Notes: generated by a model from the sequence alone, not told the origin. Positions 1-12,360 are shown, counted from the first letter of the whole stretch. The stretch: DNA of 56,754 bases, filler included, from Sphacelaria rigidula (GCA_964200075.2; 5 parts of 5 records of this genome joined end to end with filler, not necessarily neighbours in it); one strand, 5' to 3'. Numbers and translations are program-made.

Positions 1-1304
1 CGAAAGGGATGCGTGGTCAATGGTCAAATGACTAAGGCAAGCAACACATGAAAACGCCCCCCCTCCCCTCTCAAATACTCGAATTTTCGATCTTGGGGCC
101 TACGTGTCCTGATTTCTTTTTTTCGCTGCCCCCAGCTGACCGCATCCGCCAAAGCTTCGGCAAAAAAACAGGGAACACACGGCTGGGTGTCCCCCCACCC
201 CCCCTACCCCAACTGTGAGGGTACTTGGGGAACATGCTCGGAATGAAACATGTAAAACAGTATTCAGGGGTATCGTGGTACATCTTTCCCTATTCAAAAT
301 CGGCATTTCCTTGCTTGAACGCTTCATACCCGTTACAATGAACGACTGCTTTCCAAGAAAACCATCCGTTATTTCAGGACTTCCCCTGGGGTCTAATCCT
401 AACCCTGAGGTTGTCACAAATAATACCTGAGGGGGAGGGTGCCAGCGCTTTCCGTCGCTGGATCAAACCCCGTTTGGGACCGTGGGGAGGGATATTTCAA
501 CTACAGCTGATGCGGGTTCCACTGTAAATTTCACGAAACGGCTCGGATTTTGCAGGCGCGTTGCACAACAGTAGTATTGTTTGACAGCCCCACCGCGAAA
601 CCGGTTCTCAACACAGCCACGACGGAAGTGGCCATACAAGGCGTGATCGCTGGTTCAGACTGGATGAAGCGACTCGCATGGGCACTAATGGCAAAACAAC
701 ACCAAGCGTGAGACTAATCCTTACCCCCGTTGTGTGTGTCTGCAGCTTTATTGTGGGGCATCCATTTGATCCAACTGACGACTGTACTGTAGTGGTGCTG
801 TAATTTGGTGTGCTGGTATATCTCAGCAGACTGCTGAATGATGCTACGTTTCAAAGATCGCTGGCGTCTATCGCCGTATTGGATCGTTTCGGTGACGGCG
901 GTCGTCGCCGGCGCAACAGTGTGAAATCTCTCTCAGATACGGAACAAGAGGCGCTCGAAAACTCGATGGCTAGTCCAAAGAAGCATGTTTTCACCATGCT
1001 TTGTTACGTGTTCCGTAGCGCTTAGACGTAAGTCCTGCTACACAAATGCCGCATAATCAATGACGGCGGTTTTCTGTTAGACTGCTCGTCATCATGTATG
1101 CGCTGCCGCACAGAAACTTCTGGGTAAGGGTTGCGTGGTCGAAACCGCTTGCGAATCCCGAGCCTTTTAGGCGAAACAAATGAAATTTCGATGGTCAGTT
1201 GAACCTCACCCAAATGTTTAACCTCAAGAACGAATTCAGGCTGTTTTAGAAAGGTGTTCCAACGGCTTAACAAAATACAACGAAAGTAGATATTATGATA
1301 TTGT

Positions 1305-1521
1305 AATGCGTGAGGAAACCGCGTGCTTGGGGGACCGCGCCGTAGTACAAACACCTCAGGATTGACGTTTTTCAAAACCAGTCGGGCCAGTCCCTGCAGG
1401 GATCACGCCCCCGACCCTAACCCTACCCCTAACCCTAACCCTAACCCTAACGTTAACGTTAACCCTAGGGGTGTTTCAACTCCGATGCGGTCCAAATAGC
1501 ACGCGGTCCTCCCACGCATAA
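1305..1521. mobile_element. MITE-like element copy A: inverted termini around a TCCCTGCAGGGA palindrome and a (CCCTAA)n tract
   Basis: Left end taatgcgtgaggaaaccgcgtgct is an imperfect reverse complement of right end agcacgcggtcctcccacgcata. Palindrome at 1391-1402, telomeric repeats at ~1415-1466. An inverted second copy lies at 1750-1945. Confidence 0.6.
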
Positions 1522-1749
1522 TGCCGTGACAGGTAGATTCACCGCTTACCACCCGTCGAGCACCGGTTGATGCTCTGCGGGACAATGATAGCTACATATC
1601 CGAATCTCACATGAAACTCGTGCACGGTACGCAGACGGAATCAACGACGAGTTGCATCCTGAATCCATGACTATTCGAACACGTCTTAGTTTACATCCGT
1701 CCGATACGACAACTAGTACTCCTCGAGAACCATTCTCCAAATACTGTAG

Positions 1750-1945
1750 TGCCTGAGAGGACTGCGTGCTTGGAGGATCGCATCGGATTTTAAACATCCC
1801 TTAGTGAGGGTTTGGCTTAGGGTTAGGGTTAGGGGGTAAGGGACGCGGTCCCTGCAGGGACTGGCACGAGCGGTCTTGAAAAATTTCGGTCCTGGGGTGC
1901 TCAAATTCCGATGCGGTCCGAAAAGCACGCAGTCCTCCCGCGCAT
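1750..1945. mobile_element. MITE-like element copy B, inverted relative to copy A, with a (TTAGGG)n tract
   Basis: Reverse-complement match to 1305-1521. Termini gaggactgcgtgct / agcacgcagtcctc, TTAGGG-like repeats at ~1801-1841, TCCCTGCAGGGA at 1849-1860. Confidence 0.6.
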
Positions 1946-1999
1946 AGCATGCCTATCTCCGGGGAGCTGTGCAGCAATGACCCGACTATTGGCATGTGA

Positions 2000-2153
2000 A
2001 AAATTGGGTATGTGCTGGCAACATGATGTCAATCTCTTCAGCGGTTGGGAATCGCCGAACGAGGACACACGAACGACACGGGCAATGAGCTTCCTCTCCG
2101 CAGTTGCTCCTCCGGTGGTGTATTGTCATCGACACGTGTGTACACCGCATTCA
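2000..2153. repeat. Dispersed ~155-bp repeat, inverted copy of 7525-7675
   Basis: Nucleotide similarity is visible, and the ORF track gives KLGMCWQHDVNLFSGWESPNEDT here versus KLGVCWQHDVNLSGGWDSPNEDT on the opposite strand. Confidence 0.8.
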
Positions 2154-5100
2154 CTCGGTGCACCTAGCCACACTTGCTTCATTACGTAAGAGTAGGGCGG
2201 CGTGTGCACTGCGCCAAGTTGATAGGGGGTTAGTGGTAGCATCTCCTACACGGCCTTGAGCCACCGCTCGAGGCGCCTTCGCCACATGACTGCCGCGAGG
2301 TGGTCTAGCGGAGCCTCCGGGTAATCTGCACACGAACTCGCTGGCGATCGCTTGCGGTCGCTTGAGAGGTAAGTGTTGGGTTGGGTTTCCTCCTTCCATC
2401 AAGGAAAAAACAAATGCGACAGAAACGTTTTTCGCGAAGAAGCGTCCCCTTGACATTACTACTTCGCACAAAACATGGATTTTAGGTATGCCATTTGACA
2501 CTCATTTTAGTGTTCAACCCCATCTCGAGGGTCCTCTATTACGTCCGGCTGACGTACCTCCATTCGATGGTACACCCGATGAGTGTAAGGGCCCCAGTGC
2601 TTGTTCAAAATCCCTGATCCTGTGGGACTACCTCCATGAGCATGGATAGTTATTCAACCAGACAAAACCTTTTTGGGACCGACCCCCCACTAACACAGGG
2701 TCAGCCCTGTGTTAGTGAAATAATAAAAAACAAGTCTTCGAGCGACCTGCCCAATCACGGCGAGGCGAAATTTATCAACCAGACCCGAACGACCAGTGCT
2801 GGGATTGTTGACGAGTATGATGCCACTGTAAAGATCGTGTGGGGACCCTATCCCTGGCCCAGATAAGCCTTCGGTGGTTTTCAATTGTAGGGCTGTCGGA
2901 ACTTGGTTATATGATATGACTTGCACTCAGTATACCGTTCCCAAGTTTTCCGGTGGTTATTTTGGGTCACAATTCTATACTAAAACGTAGTAATTACACC
3001 AACACAAGGTCGACCGGAAAAGCCGGGAAGGAGTGTACATGCCACGATGTGGTCATTTTCACCACGCCCTTAAACCAGGTGGGCTGTGGAAAGACAAAAT
3101 GATCTACTGTCAAGAGTTCTGCTTATCCCTCTGGCGATGACTTGCAGGGTGCAGTGAACAAGTAGGTAGTAGATGGGGATCAAAAAGATATATATGGGCA
3201 GTTAACCACGGTAATCGAAAACTGCCCGGAACGTCCAAGGGTGTATGCAGCGGCAGCTGCTGCCTCAGTCGGAGAGGGGTACTACACTGCACTGTATACT
3301 ATACTGTTGTATGCATGAGCGCCGCAACGCTGATTCCCTTCTAAGAGACTTCGCCGCATGCAACAAGGGGGGAAATGGCGGCCCATCCCGACCACAAAGG
3401 GCTGTGTGGCAAGGTGATGGGGACAATAGTATCATCCAAAGCCACAAGTGGCGGGCGGCCCGCCGGTCGCCGCATCCTGTTGGAAGCTGGCTCTTTACCA
3501 CGACTTACACTGCTTGCTACATCAGATGTACACCACCTAATGCGCACGCTGCACCTGAAAATAGTTCGGATTCAACCTTCGGTCTTCGTCATAACCCTGC
3601 GGTTACATAGGCGGATTTTCAGCAAAGCGCCACTGTTTTGTGCAGACGCCAGACACGTCATTCCTGACCAGCCTACTTGGTCGTGCTGGAGGCCCGGTCC
3701 CAAAAAGGCTAACATGTGAACTATTGAGCTTACAAGTAGTCAAATAAGCATGTTGCTCAGATTGAAGTGTAGCAAGAGCAGCCCCGTGCCATGTGCCCAC
3801 ACAGATCACTGCCCTCTTGCAGAGTCAGAAGAAGTTGAGAATTATGTGTTTGAAGTCATCATGTTGTTACTATCCACATGTCGGATATTGGGTGGAGGGA
3901 GGTGAAAGAAATAAGTGAGAGATGAGGGCGTGAAGCACCACACTATGGTGGCTGCCCACGAACCATGACCTCAGTCGACGCACGAGGCGCAACAAACAGT
4001 TCGCATATCCAGGAACTCGATACACTTTTCCGATGTTCAGTCACAAGGAACCCCCCGATAATATTCCTGGAATATTTGTACATCCCACAATTTACCCATT
4101 CACAAATGGTGGCTCATGTTCGTAGATGAGGTATATTGAACCCGGAATGCGGAAACAATCCCACGTCAACGTCGGAAAGGCAAAGCAGCTGAAAGGACCA
4201 TGATTGGCAGCTGGGGTATATCATGGGTACACGCATCGCTCTGTCCGCACGTTGTAGGGATGAAAGTTGATGACCGGTAGGCTACGGCATGCCTGTACCC
4301 ACCAAAAACAGAGATGGATGTGACTATGGTGCGAAGGGCCTCTGCGTTTGGGGCGGCTTGAAACGTCACGATACCCAGATCGAGCGCCTGGGTTACAGGT
4401 CGGGATCGGGCCCTTTGAGAGGTGGTCACTTCACCCTGTGCGGATGCTCGTCGAAACAATAGTGGACAGTGGCGTCTCTATTGCGGACGAAATAGGGGCA
4501 GAGAGAAGGGGGAGGGGGGAGCGTTCTCATGTGTTGCTTGCCTTAGTCGTTCGACCATTGACCACGCATCCCTTTCGAGACGGGGCACCGTTCCTACTCG
4601 TAATAGAGACAGAGAGGAGGGGGGGAGGATCCGCCTCTTCGCTCCAACAAGAGCGAAGCGGTTAACATGCTACGACCCCCCTGATGAGCTTACCAAAATG
4701 TGAACGATCTTCACGCGCGTTTTGTTCTTGCGTCCTTGATGCTTGCAGGGAGCAGCAGCAACAGCAACAACAGTAGCGGCATCATTTAGTGCGACGATTC
4801 AGCGGTGAAGTTGGCTTCACCCGAGTCAGTTCGGTCTCACAGCCAACGTCTCCGTCGGCGCCGTTGTTTTCTTCCTTCTCTTGATTGCTATTGTCGTTCA
4901 AAACGATAACGAAAGTCCTGAGAATACTCGAAAAGAAGACTTGCAGAAATGTCTGGGAGCCGGCTGGAAAGGCGTTGTCACATTTCTCGGGCATGCGCTT
5001 TTCAGCTTAAGGGTAGGAAACGCGTGCCGTGGCGGTCTGTCGTCACGGGCGGCACCCGCTCAGTGAGCCGGATATGCTGGTGCTCCTTGGTTTCAGGGTG

Positions 5101-6349
5101 AGTTCAATCAACTCGGATTATATTTGAATTATTTCGAGGAAAATAAACAAGTATCATCTCGCCATGTGCGCCTGACAACGCCCAGTGACTTCGTGCGTGA
5201 AAGCTGCAAGGCGACCCGCGACTGGTGTTTTGCCAGAATGGTGTCGGGACCATAATATCGGAGGTGAGAGCATACATCCAAACACGGCAAAGATGACACG
5301 CAACGTGCCTCCCTCACGAGCGCACCCAAAATGTCTCCCTTACCTTCTGTGAGTCCGATCCTGCGTCTAACAACGTTTTCGTGATATTGAGAGTCGAAGG
5401 TACGATTGAGAGTGAAAAGCGGTCAACTAGTTAATAAGTCGTTTGAGTTCCGAAATGCACCTCCACCAGGGCCATTGTTCTCTCTGTAGTAGCTTGCCAC
5501 TGAGGCCCTCTATACCTCTGAGTAGGATATCAACGTGTAGCTGTGAGCACATGGCAGTGATCAGACGACGAAAAGCACACAAAAAATGAAAAATTGGCCA
5601 AGTTGAAGCGAATGATCGAAGCCGTTCTCAATCCGCACTCAACTCTCAATCTCACGGACACCGTGTTGTCTGTGTCTCACCTTATACTCACCTTATACTG
5701 TTTATCCGACCCAAAAGTTGAGAAGAAAGAAACAATTGAGAAAGGAATGAGAAAGGGAACATATTGCCATGCTAGTTCCTTAACAGGTACCATTTTTCAA
5801 CGTTGTTCCTGGTCATTTTTCTCCCAAAATATGACGAAAAACATGAACAGATTTCTGGCGGTGATACTACAGCACGCATCGGCCTGGCATATCCAAGAAA
5901 GCTTGAGGCCACGAGTTCATACACATACGCATCATATCACGGAAGCCTACGGCAAGGAAGTCGGGGAAATCTGGTTGAATGGCAGCCTCGTCGATACATC
6001 TGACGAGGAACGACCGGAAGGGACGCCGGCGCATTGGAAGTCCTCTTCTTGTATGTCGCGATGGAACATGACGGATCTGCAAAAAGAGGTGGATCCCATG
6101 GGATATCTGGTGGTGTCTGAAGGAAGGTGAGGGCGACAGCGGAGATTCGGGAAATGGAATGCATACGAGGAGAGGTTTGTGCGGTATGTCGTGGAAGCGG
6201 TGCACTGCGTTCATTATTATGCGTATGTATATGCCATTATCCTGACACTGTTGCCATTTTGAGGTGGTACAACGGGCGAACGAGCACCCTTGTTGAGAGT
6301 AATGACCGAAAGCGGTTGAGCGTCGTCGACGTGTTTGTATGGGAGAAGG

Positions 6350-6420
6350 GGCGGGGGGGAGTGCTCATGATCTTGCATGCCATAATCATCTGGCCTTGCA
6401 TCCCTACAAGACCGGGACGG
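6350..6420. repeat. Dispersed repeat fragment, inverted copy at 22743-22815
   Basis: ggggggagtgctcatgatcttgcatgccataatcat...catccctacaagaccgg resembles the reverse complement of 22743-22815. Confidence 0.55.
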
Positions 6421-7524
6421 AGCACGCCAGGTTCTCGCCGGACCAGGTTTGCAATCAATCACCAAGCACGACGCGCCATGATGTGTTCGGCGAGTCACAT
6501 AAACGGTTATCTTCATCCTGCTAAGATCGTTGGGCCAGAAACATACTGACTATCTTGCATTTGGATGACTGCCTCCAATGCGTTACTTCATTTTGTGGTG
6601 TTGCTACTTCCAGTGGGGAGGGAGGGTGGGTATTTGAGAGTTCGAACGGAAGGTGGATGCCTATATCCTAGCGTTTCCAAAACCGATATGTTTGGTCGGT
6701 ATGATGGATATATTCGGGTCATCACTATCGGCGTCTAAGATTCCCCGCTCCGTTTTGAAACATCTTCCCAAGCGCCATTGTAGTATGTTTTCGATTCCCT
6801 CCGTGCTTTCTATTTTAGTACATTTATATTTCCCATTTACGATCCACGCTCTTTCCCGTCTTCTATCTTCCTCATTTCGTCTTGTTTGCTTCCACTTCCC
6901 GCCACTTCCTCCCGCAGGGAGCAATTGGGCAACAACCGCATATTGATTTCGGACGGTCTGGTAATTGCCAGGGCCCTGAACCGCACCCTCGTAGAGTTTC
7001 CCGTAAAACATTCACGCATACACACGCCGGACGCCCACCTTGGCTTCTGTGACTACTGGGACTGCGACGAACTTTGCTCGTAAGTGCTCCGGATGTCGGT
7101 GCTTCTTGAAGGACTAGGTGTGGGTCAAAAGGGGACGGGGGAGGGGCAGAGGTTCTAGCGAATGCTGTATATAACTAGAGACACGTGCGGCCTCCCGGTG
7201 CAAGATTTCATGAATACTACAGCGGCAGGACGTTTTACTATGAAAATGAAATCGTATCTCAACTCCACACGGTGTGGAATTTCACTTGAACGTGTCTTCA
7301 GCAACATGCTGCTCCCGAGGTGCATCACCACAGTAGAGAAACAGGGACTCGACTCTTACCCACAGCTGACGAAAGATCCTGATAAATGAGGCTGAACTTT
7401 CAAAGGGGGGTAAAGTTGCCGTTCGAAGCGTCGTGTTTTCCGCTAAAGCGTATTGCCTAACGAAAGTATTCGCGAAAACAACGTTCATGTTGCACTTAGC
7501 AGGTGTGGTTACTAGTGCACACAA

Positions 7525-7675
7525 TGAATGCGGTGTACACGTGTGTCGATGACGATATCATCGGAGGAGCTATTGCGGAGAGGAAGCTCCCCGCTCGTGT
7601 CCTTGTGTGTCCTCGTTTGGCGAGTCCCAACCGCCAGAGAGATTGACATCATGTTGCCAGCACACACCCAATTTG
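7525..7675. repeat. Dispersed ~150-bp repeat, inverted copy of 2000-2153
   Basis: Reverse-complement match to 2000-2153. Confidence 0.8.
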
Positions 7676-7964
7676 CCGTCGTCGGAATAAACACAACCGG
7701 CAGTTCGCTGCACAGCGCCCCGAAGAAGATCGGGGTGCCCCGGGTTTCCGCAATTTGAGTGGTATAATCGTATCTTCGTGTTCGTGACGCTGATCAATGC
7801 AGAAGTCTATTCGTCGCTGCCTTTCGTGCTGGACAGGACGTGCCTCTATGTGCTACAGAACACGTCGTCGGAAATCGTGGCGGTGATCCTGTCACCGCCA
7901 CCCGCTTGTTGTCATATGCGTACGCGCGAGCGACTACCGTTCGGCGCAAGATCCAATCGCGTTT

Positions 7965-8268
7965 GTTTTGTTTGTTCCCTCTCACTTTGAACTCCTCACC
8001 TTCCTCGGGATGAGTCCGTGGTCTCAAGGGATCAACCCATCGCTCCCCCGGTACGTGACTTTCATTGTGATCTCGCGGATCGGATCAGCACTCCCACACC
8101 GCGTCAACTCACGTCACACAAACCCAGTCAACTGGATTTGTTTACTCGCGTTCTCAACTTCCACGGTGGAAATCATACATCACGAAAATAAACCCAACGC
8201 ATCGGGAATCGAACCCCCGTTCTCTCCACCGTAATGGTGACAGTCGGACTATTATACCATATGTTGGG
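7965..8268 (-). mobile_element. tRNA-derived SINE with a tRNA-Asp-like head at 8193-8268
   Basis: The minus strand shows an A-box-like TGGTATAATAG, CTGTCAC (Asp anticodon loop), B-box GGTTCGATTCC and pairing cccaac/gttggg ends. The body is shared with 29525-29840 and 24845-24947, and there is an A-rich AAAC tail. Confidence 0.65.
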
Positions 8269-9370
8269 AGGTATTATCGTTCTTACCGCGCGTTTGGCAC
8301 AAGAACGGTCGTACACACCCGAGTTGAGGAGATGTCGTAGATAGCAAAGACTCATGGAGACCTGCTTGACATGCAGAGTAAAATTTGGTACCTCTGGCAG
8401 TGACTTCGCTCTTACTTGTGCGACCCATATGGGGACTGGTCCACCGTGATCCATGAGCTTATCTGAGGTACAGTCGGCCGTGTGCGCAGGGTGTGTGTGT
8501 GTGAATGTTTCTTCCAACAACTCGACTCTCAGAAGGTTACTACAAGCTGAGACGAAATATGGCTTTACCAGGAACAAGGATATTCTATTACTTCCCACTT
8601 TCCGTTTCCCGCTAGGTCGTCCCGCACTAGTCCCAGCCACTGCCATACCTACTTTCAAGTACACGTACAGGACTTCCTTCCCGGTATGCCATAGACTATA
8701 GGTTGAAAACTGCTATTTCCCGGGCAGACAGGAGACAAAGTCAAGCGTCAAGCAGCTGTGCGCTGGACCGAGGGACTCCATATCACGAAATGACGGCACG
8801 ACCCCCCCCAGGTCGCCCAAACCTCATTCTGGGGCCGTAGGAGGGGAGGGGAGGGGAGGGGACCCCTAGGTACCCTATTCGAGGAGGGGGGTTCCCCCTC
8901 TGATCGATGGATGACGGCGATAGTAGTTGCTGTGTGTGCGCGCATCGGTCTTAGAACACACATCCATGTATTGGAGATATGCTGCTTGCTGCTGTATTCG
9001 ACACTGCGTACACTGCGTACCAACCGCAGCGTGACACCTTCAGCGGTACTACCTGCTCACTGCACAACGGTAGGGTGCAGGGTGACAAAGAACACCGTAG
9101 GACGTCACATCCTTAGCCTCTTCCTGTCCTGCATTGATTTCACGCTGTCGTATTCAGTTCGCCACATCATGAACGCAGCTGCTTGTACCTGCGGCCAACG
9201 TGGACGACGGATATCACCCCTCGCTACGCGCTATATCGCTTCGCCACATTTTGTGAAGCTGTCCGTGTTGCAGCTACAGCGTACGTTTGCCCCAGGTGGC
9301 GCACGCAGGAGTGGAAGGCCGCCTCCGCCGCTGTAATGGCTGCTTACCTAGAAAAACGTCTGCGTTGGCC

Positions 9371-9462
9371 CTCCTCCTGTGTGACCCCGGCTGATGCGTC
9401 CACATATACCGAAAGGTGGAGATCAGCGTCCAGAATAGATGGGAAGCCAACACACACAACAC
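9371..9462. repeat. Dispersed repeat ending in (CA)n, probably a non-LTR element end; same family as 45485-45588
   Basis: cctcctgtgtgaccccggctga...cacatataccgaaaggtg...ccagaata matches 45487-45552, and both copies run into ACAC repeats. Confidence 0.7.
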
Positions 9463-10025
9463 ACTGTGCGCAGTACACATTTAACATCGTGATCGTATTG
9501 ACTGTATAAATATTTGTCCAGGATCTGGTACATTTTCACATAACATGCAGGGTCTGTTACATTTCCACATGTATGTGATGATACTCAGTGATGACGTGAA
9601 AAAATCCGCAATATCTGAGTGAACTGCAGGTGAGACAATCGACGAAATATTCACCTGCAAACTCTACTCCAGAGCACTGTAAGTTGATATCGCTGAAGGA
9701 CACTACCATACCCACCTTGCCGGATGCCAGACTGTCAGGACGTAGAACCCTCTAGCAATGCTACTGCCTGTACGGGGATGTTGTTCTCTTGTCGGGTACG
9801 TGGGGAAAGGTCCGTGACAGAATGCAGCGGTCGCGTCAAGCAGCTGCACGCTGGGTGTTCTCACTCACGACTCGTTTTGGACGATGATACTAGGTAGTAG
9901 AAAGCTGCAATTGCTGTGTGTCCAGGTGACCCTTGGATCAAGATGCGTTTGTCTTCTGTTTGACAACGTTTTCCTTAAAAAAACGAAATTAATAAGGGTT
10001 TTAGAATGGAAAATTAAGTAAAAAT

Positions 10026-10095
10026 GAGTCGCAAAAATCGAGTGGCATAAATCAAGTCGCAGGAATCAAGTCGCAAAAATCGAGTCGCAAAAAAC
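10026..10095. repeat. 14-bp tandem repeat (GAGTCGCAAAAATC), about 5 copies
   Basis: Directly visible imperfect tandem units. Confidence 0.75.
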
Positions 10096-10220
10096 CGGTG
10101 AGTCGAATTTTTTACCCGGAGCAGAAGCCAAATTCACCAGGTGTAATCGGAACGTGAAATGGGAATGTCAACGCCTCGAGAGCGGGCATTTTTTCCTGTT
10201 ACAGTGTAATGTGTCAATAC

Positions 10221-10397
10221 CCTGAGTGCAGACGTGTTGGTGTTCGGTGAGTGCACGGAGGCAGATGACACCGCTGTCGAAATCTGGCATTCGCAGCTTT
10301 AACAAAAAATAGCGGATGCCGGCGTGTAGGCTGGTTTCGGCGACAATGATGGGGGAGAAGCGGTCGTCGACGAACGGGTTAGGTCTGGTCGAGCCTT
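10221..10397 (-). CDS. Candidate isolated internal exon of an unknown protein
   Basis: Pyrimidine-rich acceptor ctcctccag, donor G|gtattg, length 177 nt. Only one frame is open (EGSTRPNPFVDDRFSPIIVAETSLHAGIRYFLLKLRMPDFDSGVICLRALTEHQHVCTQ). No recognised domain. Confidence 0.3.
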
Positions 10398-10967
10398 CTG
10401 GAGGAGACGTCGTGGGACCATAACCAGAGTGCATCACGAAGGAGGAAGTGTTTCACACGAAAATAAGCAGAGGGGGCACTTACTGCGAATAACGACGAGA
10501 CCTTTGTGGGAGCGTGGACACTGGCGAGGATGGGTGGTTGCGTTGGCTATGAACGCTGGTGGGGACAGATAGGATCGTCAGGGGGTCAACTTCAAGGACG
10601 ACCCTGCAGCGGAGCAGAGCAGAGCAGAGCAGGGCGGCTAGTTTCGTTGAGGGCGAAATACTGTTCTTCTGTTGGGGTTTTGATATAGTTTTGTTGTGGA
10701 TGACAGAGACAGATGGTATCCCGTGTTTTCATGGTCGAATATAGGATCCTCTAAGCAGATTATCCTTTTGGTGATAACTCTATTTCGTGTGTAGGCTAGA
10801 CACGCCCTGTCTGTTGCATCTCTATATGACGATGGTATTCGACTATGATCAAAGGGGAACATAGTTCCTTGCGTTCCCTTTTCGTTGCCATCCGCTCGTC
10901 CTTCTTGTTCTTGTTGTCTTTCTTGGATGATTTTCTACACGTGCACAGATCGCACCCTGTGGGACAC

Positions 10968-11110
10968 GTTTACAGGGTTCAGGGAAGCTGTGCAGTGTTT
11001 CACGCGGGGATTTGGCTGCAGGGTGTTTTCTTGCACCACACAGTATGCTTTATAGGGTTTCAGGGAAACTGTGCAGTGTTTCTCGCGGGGATTTAGCTGT
11101 AGGGTATTTG
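10968..11110. repeat. Direct duplication of a ~60-bp unit (period ~81 bp)
   Basis: tttacagggttcagggaagctgtgcagtgtttcacgcggggatttggctg recurs as tttatagggtttcagggaaactgtgcagtgtttctcgcggggatttagctg. Confidence 0.75.
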
Positions 11111-11271
11111 TTTATTCGTGCCGGACGCTTCACGGGATTTCGTCACCCCGTGTAGTGTTCATTGCGGTTACTATGCTGTACAGTATTTTTACGCACAGAG
11201 CAATGCTACGGTAGGGGTGCACTTTTTTCGCGAAATCTTGTCTGGTTCAGGGGCTCCTAACGATTTTATAC

Positions 11272-11371
11272 NNNNNNNNNNNNNNNNNNNNNNNNNNNNN
11301 NNNNNNNNNNNNNNNTTAATTAATTAANNNNNNNNNNNNNNNNNNNNNNNNNNNNNNNNNNNNNNNNNNNN
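11272..11371. other. Artificial spacer N44-TTAATTAATTAA-N44
   Basis: Identical 100-nt linker repeated every 11,371 nt. The core has stop codons in all six frames. Confidence 0.97.
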
Positions 11372-11879
11372 GCCTGACACACTTATGAGCCTCTTTTTTC
11401 GTGCAACCAAATACCCCCCCTCCCTATCGTAGGATGACTCTCCGCTCCGTGTTTTTCCTACCTTGAATAATTTTACCTAGTGTGTACACATGGTCTACGC
11501 AACTATGGTTTGGTATAAATCCTGCTTACCCCTCGCTGATTGTATTTTCCTTCTCTAGCATCGTTCCTACTCTATCGTTGAGGATCTTTTGGAATGTTTT
11601 CCCTACCGTGCTAAGTAGCGTTATCTCTCTGTAGTTTCCTTGGTCAGTCTTGTCTTCTCTTTTGAAAAGGTTGGCGACTACTCCTTCTCTCCACCTCTTG
11701 GATGTGTAATCGTTTTCCCATATCCAGTTATACAGCATGACCATCATAGTAATCATCCCCTCTCCACCGTAAATTAGAAATGCATTCACTATTTCGTCTG
11801 CCCCTGCTTCCTTTCTGTTCTTGAGTTTAGCTACGCACTCCTTTACTTCGCCTCCGGTAAGCTCTCTCTACAATATTTT
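11372..11879 (-). mobile_element. LINE (non-LTR retrotransposon) ORF2 relic, RT N-terminal part
   Basis: EVKECVAKLKNRKEAGADEI...WREGVVANLFKREDKTDQGNYREITLLSTVGKTFQKILNDR...ISEG*AGFIPNHSCVDHVYTL is typical of LINE RT domains 0-2. It carries a stop codon and an internal deletion. Confidence 0.88.
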
Positions 11880-11917
11880 CACACGTCCGACAACTCGTGA
11901 GTTAACTCAGTTATGCT

Positions 11918-12360
11918 CTTTAACTCACCTGACCAGAATGTACACCACTGAGTTTTAGTTTATAACTCACCTAGCCAGAATGGGCATAACTGAGTCATAG
12001 ATTACAACTCACCCAGCCAGAATGCGCATAACTGAGTTCTAGATTATAATTCACCTGGCCAGATTTTGCATCGCTGAGTTATAGTTTGTAACTCACCCGC
12101 CCGGAATGTGCATAACTGAGTTATAGATTATAACTCACTCGGCCGGAATGCGCATAACTGAGTTATAGATTCTAACTCACCTGGCCGAGATATGCATAAT
12201 TGAGGTATAGTTTATAACTCACCCGGCCAGAATGTGCACAAGTGAGTCATAGCTTATAACTCACCCGGCCAGAATGTGCATAAGTGTGTCATAATTTACA
12301 ACTCACCTGGCCAAGATATGCATAACTGACTGATGCTGCTATAACTCACGGATGAGTTGT
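11918..12360. repeat. 42-bp tandem array, about 10-11 units
   Basis: Consensus TATAACTCACCCGGCCAGAATGTGCATAACTGAGTTATAGTT. AACTCAC-like cores recur every 42 nt from 11922 to 12300. Confidence 0.92.

Noticed and set aside
1415..1841. True chromosome end or telomere fusion
   Set aside because: The tracts are short, degenerate and embedded in duplicated element bodies with ordinary flanking sequence.
5594..7011. ORFs 5594-6130 (+) and 6661-7011 (-) as genes
   Set aside because: No recognisable domain or consistent exon chain. Left unannotated.
8193..8268. Functional tRNA-Asp gene
   Set aside because: The D arm and anticodon stem are degenerate and it is fused to a repeat body, so it fits a SINE head better.
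11316..11327. TTAATTAATTAA as a biological motif or piggyBac site
   Set aside because: It sits inside N padding at exact 11,371-nt intervals, so it is synthetic.
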